A stretch of DNA of 17,804 nt from Aquimarina litoralis. Its GTDB lineage: Bacteria; Bacteroidota; Bacteroidia; Flavobacteriales; Flavobacteriaceae. A model generated the notes under the pieces. That model was not told the DNA's origin. It worked only from the letters and a program-made list of their open reading frames with translations, and searched no databases. The stretch lies in contig NZ_WEKL01000007.1 of the NCBI RefSeq assembly GCF_019295435.1, positions 127,212 through 145,015 of the forward strand. The letters are read 5' to 3'. Below are positions 16,113-17,804 of this stretch, piece by piece. Made by a program: the position numbers and the translations under genes. Positions within the stretch are counted from its first letter, which is position 1. Each line of letters starts with the position of its first letter.

Positions 16113-17438
16113 TTATGGATAAATAAGTTTAGCGGAATAACTATCAATAGATTCCCCATACATTCCTTCTTGATAAATAAAAGTATCAGGATGAATATCG
16201 AGCAATCGTTTTTCTAAATAATAAACGTGGTTTTTATCTTTGGAAAACTGAGAATTAATTATTTCGAATGATGAAATATCAGCATTGTGTATTATAGAAG
16301 ATAAATAATATACTTGTTTATGATCCTTTGCATACAGATCTTCAGAGTTTTCATATACCTTAAAACTTTTATAATCTGCTTTTTTAATTCTATTATTTAG
16401 TGCATAGATTTCTTCTTTATAAATAGAATGAATTTTGGAAAGTTCAATTAATTCCTTTTTTCGGACAAAAATGATATGATCTTCATCATAACTTAAAGTT
16501 CTATAGTGGTAACTACTTTCTATGTCACGGATTTTATTAATACTATATTTCTTGAAGTCAGGATTCATTACTTTTTTTCCGATATAATATAGATTGTTTT
16601 TATCTCTGGAAAACAACGTACTAATAAATTGATAACTGTCTGGGTCACTATCGGAAATTATTTGAGTTTTATAATACAGGTGATTTTTATCTTTTTGGTA
16701 ATCTGAATTAAGAACAGTGAAACTTTCAGGATCAATATCCTTGAGTATGTGATTTTGAAAATAGATAGCTTTTTTATCCGTAGCAAAATTTTCGGTAATT
16801 ACCTCAAAGTTTTTTGCATCAATTGTTTGTACTAATAAATCTTTATAATAGATACTATCATTTACTCTGACATAGTTTCCTTTGATGTCATTTTTTATTG
16901 AATATACTGTGTCATTTAATGTTGAAAGCCTATTTTCTTGATAAAATATAGCTGCTGTATCTTTTGAAAAATCACCCCATAAATATTGAAATGTGGCTGG
17001 ATTCGCACCTTTTATAGGGTTTCTAAAGTAATATACTGTTGTAGTATCTTTGAAATAATAATGATATTGATACTTTGTCTCTGTTTTTTCGGTTGATATA
17101 ATCTCAAATGTTTTTGGTTGTGCTCCTTCAAGAACTTTTTCATTGAAATACACATGATTTTTGTCTTTACCTAAATTATTCGCTAATACTTCAAAAGTTT
17201 CATAATCTACATTCTTGATTTTTCGAGCTCCTAGACTAAAGAAATTGGCTCCTTGAACAAATACTATAGTATTTTCTTTGTAGTAATATTGATTGCTAAG
17301 CTCTTTGTTTATGATTTTTGCTCCATTTGTGGATGGTGAAGAGACCCAGGAAAATAGTGCAATAGCTACAGCATAGTATACAATTGTTATTCCAATCATT
17401 ACAGCAATGATAATTCCTATGATCTGTAATACTTTCAT
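16113..17438 (-). CDS. DKNYY-repeat protein with N-terminal membrane anchor
   Basis: 441 aa with an N-terminal TM helix (LQIIGIIIAVMIGITIVYYAVAIALF). It then has at least 7 copies of a ~38-40-aa repeat ending in F-S/T-K-D-K-N-H-[VL]-Y-Y (GKDKNHVYFN, SKDTAAIFYQ, ATDKKAIYFQ, QKDKNHLYYK, SRDKNNLYYI, AKDHKQVYYL, SKDKNHVYYL). This is the signature of the DKNYY domain family. Confidence 0.75.
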   Translation of the reverse strand: MKVLQIIGIIIAVMIGITIVYYAVAIALFSWVSSPSTNGAKIINKELSNQYYYKENTIVFVQGANFFSLGARKIKNVDYETFEVLANNLGKDKNHVYFNEKVLEGAQPKTFEIISTEKTETKYQYHYYFKDTTTVYYFRNPIKGANPATFQYLWGDFSKDTAAIFYQENRLSTLNDTVYSIKNDIKGNYVRVNDSIYYKDLLVQTIDAKNFEVITENFATDKKAIYFQNHILKDIDPESFTVLNSDYQKDKNHLYYKTQIISDSDPDSYQFISTLFSRDKNNLYYIGKKVMNPDFKKYSINKIRDIESSYHYRTLSYDEDHIIFVRKKELIELSKIHSIYKEEIYALNNRIKKADYKSFKVYENSEDLYAKDHKQVYYLSSIIHNADISSFEIINSQFSKDKNHVYYLEKRLLDIHPDTFIYQEGMYGESIDSYSAKLIYP

Positions 17439-17614
17439 CTTTTATATTATTGTTTTTGAAGCTATAAGTAATTTACCATTTGTCATTTTTTTATATCAAA
17501 ATATTGTAACACATTTTTCATTTATAGGTTGATAATGAGTTGTTTGCTTTGTAAAAAAAATGAAATTATTACTTCTGATATAAGGGTACAAGTTTTGGAT
17601 AAATAGATATATGA

Positions 17615-17695
17615 AGAAACACTTTTTTCTGTGAAAGTTATACCCTGAAAACAGGGGTGTGCCTGTTTTATGAAAACTACGGTTTCTGGTGATTT
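17615..17695. repeat. copy B of the same intergenic motif, here with two mutually exclusive hairpins (CCCTG-AAAA-CAGGG vs AAACAGG-GGTGTG-CCTGTTT)
   Basis: Read directly from the sequence. It lies ~180-260 nt upstream of the DKNYY gene start (17438). The sequence AGAAACACTTTTTTCTGTGAAAGTTATACCCTGAAAACAGGGGTGTGCCTGTTTTATGAAAACTACGGTTTCTGGTGA aligns with copy A. Confidence 0.6.
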
Positions 17696-17804
17696 AAACG
17701 AATCACTCGGCAGTTAATTTTGTCCCATATAATAACTCACAACTAATATATTATGAGGGAAAGTATATTAAAGTTTGATTATAAATTAAAATATAGCATT
17801 CTCA

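Noticed and set aside
1-17804. Looked for tRNA/rRNA genes, CRISPR arrays, transposase/integrase genes, IS terminal inverted repeats, and an abrupt GC shift
   Set aside because: No cloverleaf-like or rRNA-like segments were seen. There are no regularly spaced direct repeats and no transposase/integrase-like ORFs. Composition looks uniformly AT-rich by eye. A proper tRNAscan, Infernal or GC-skew computation was not possible here.

Overview
This is an AT-rich chromosomal segment that looks Bacteroidetes/Flavobacteriia-like. The clues are many lipoprotein-type signal peptides with a Cys after a hydrophobic core (LFISCQ, LVVGCSDD, LIVGCHKK, ILGCTKP), a DKNYY-repeat protein, and no classical Shine-Dalgarno spacing. 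I can support 22 protein-coding genes. I see no rRNA or tRNA genes, no CRISPR array, no transposase or integrase, and no obvious compositional island. The left ~7 kb carries ordinary accessory or housekeeping genes. The right ~10.4 kb (7014-17438) is an unbroken run of 15 co-directional minus-strand genes, almost all orphan secreted, membrane or zinc-ribbon proteins. Within this run, 10828-14009 is a tight four-gene cassette: a small Zn-ribbon protein, a 254-aa protein with an internal Zn-ribbon, a YdjI-like SPFH/Band-7 protein ending in a SHOCT-like tail, and a 365-aa protein with an internal tandem repeat. It is preceded by a perfect 16-bp hairpin and has another Zn-ribbon membrane protein and a 4-TM membrane protein just upstream. 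I read this as a candidate PspA-free envelope-stress or defence-type module that is not an annotated system type. Other unexplained structure is a ~55-nt intergenic sequence motif present twice upstream of two minus-strand membrane-protein genes, and several long perfect inverted repeats at operon boundaries.
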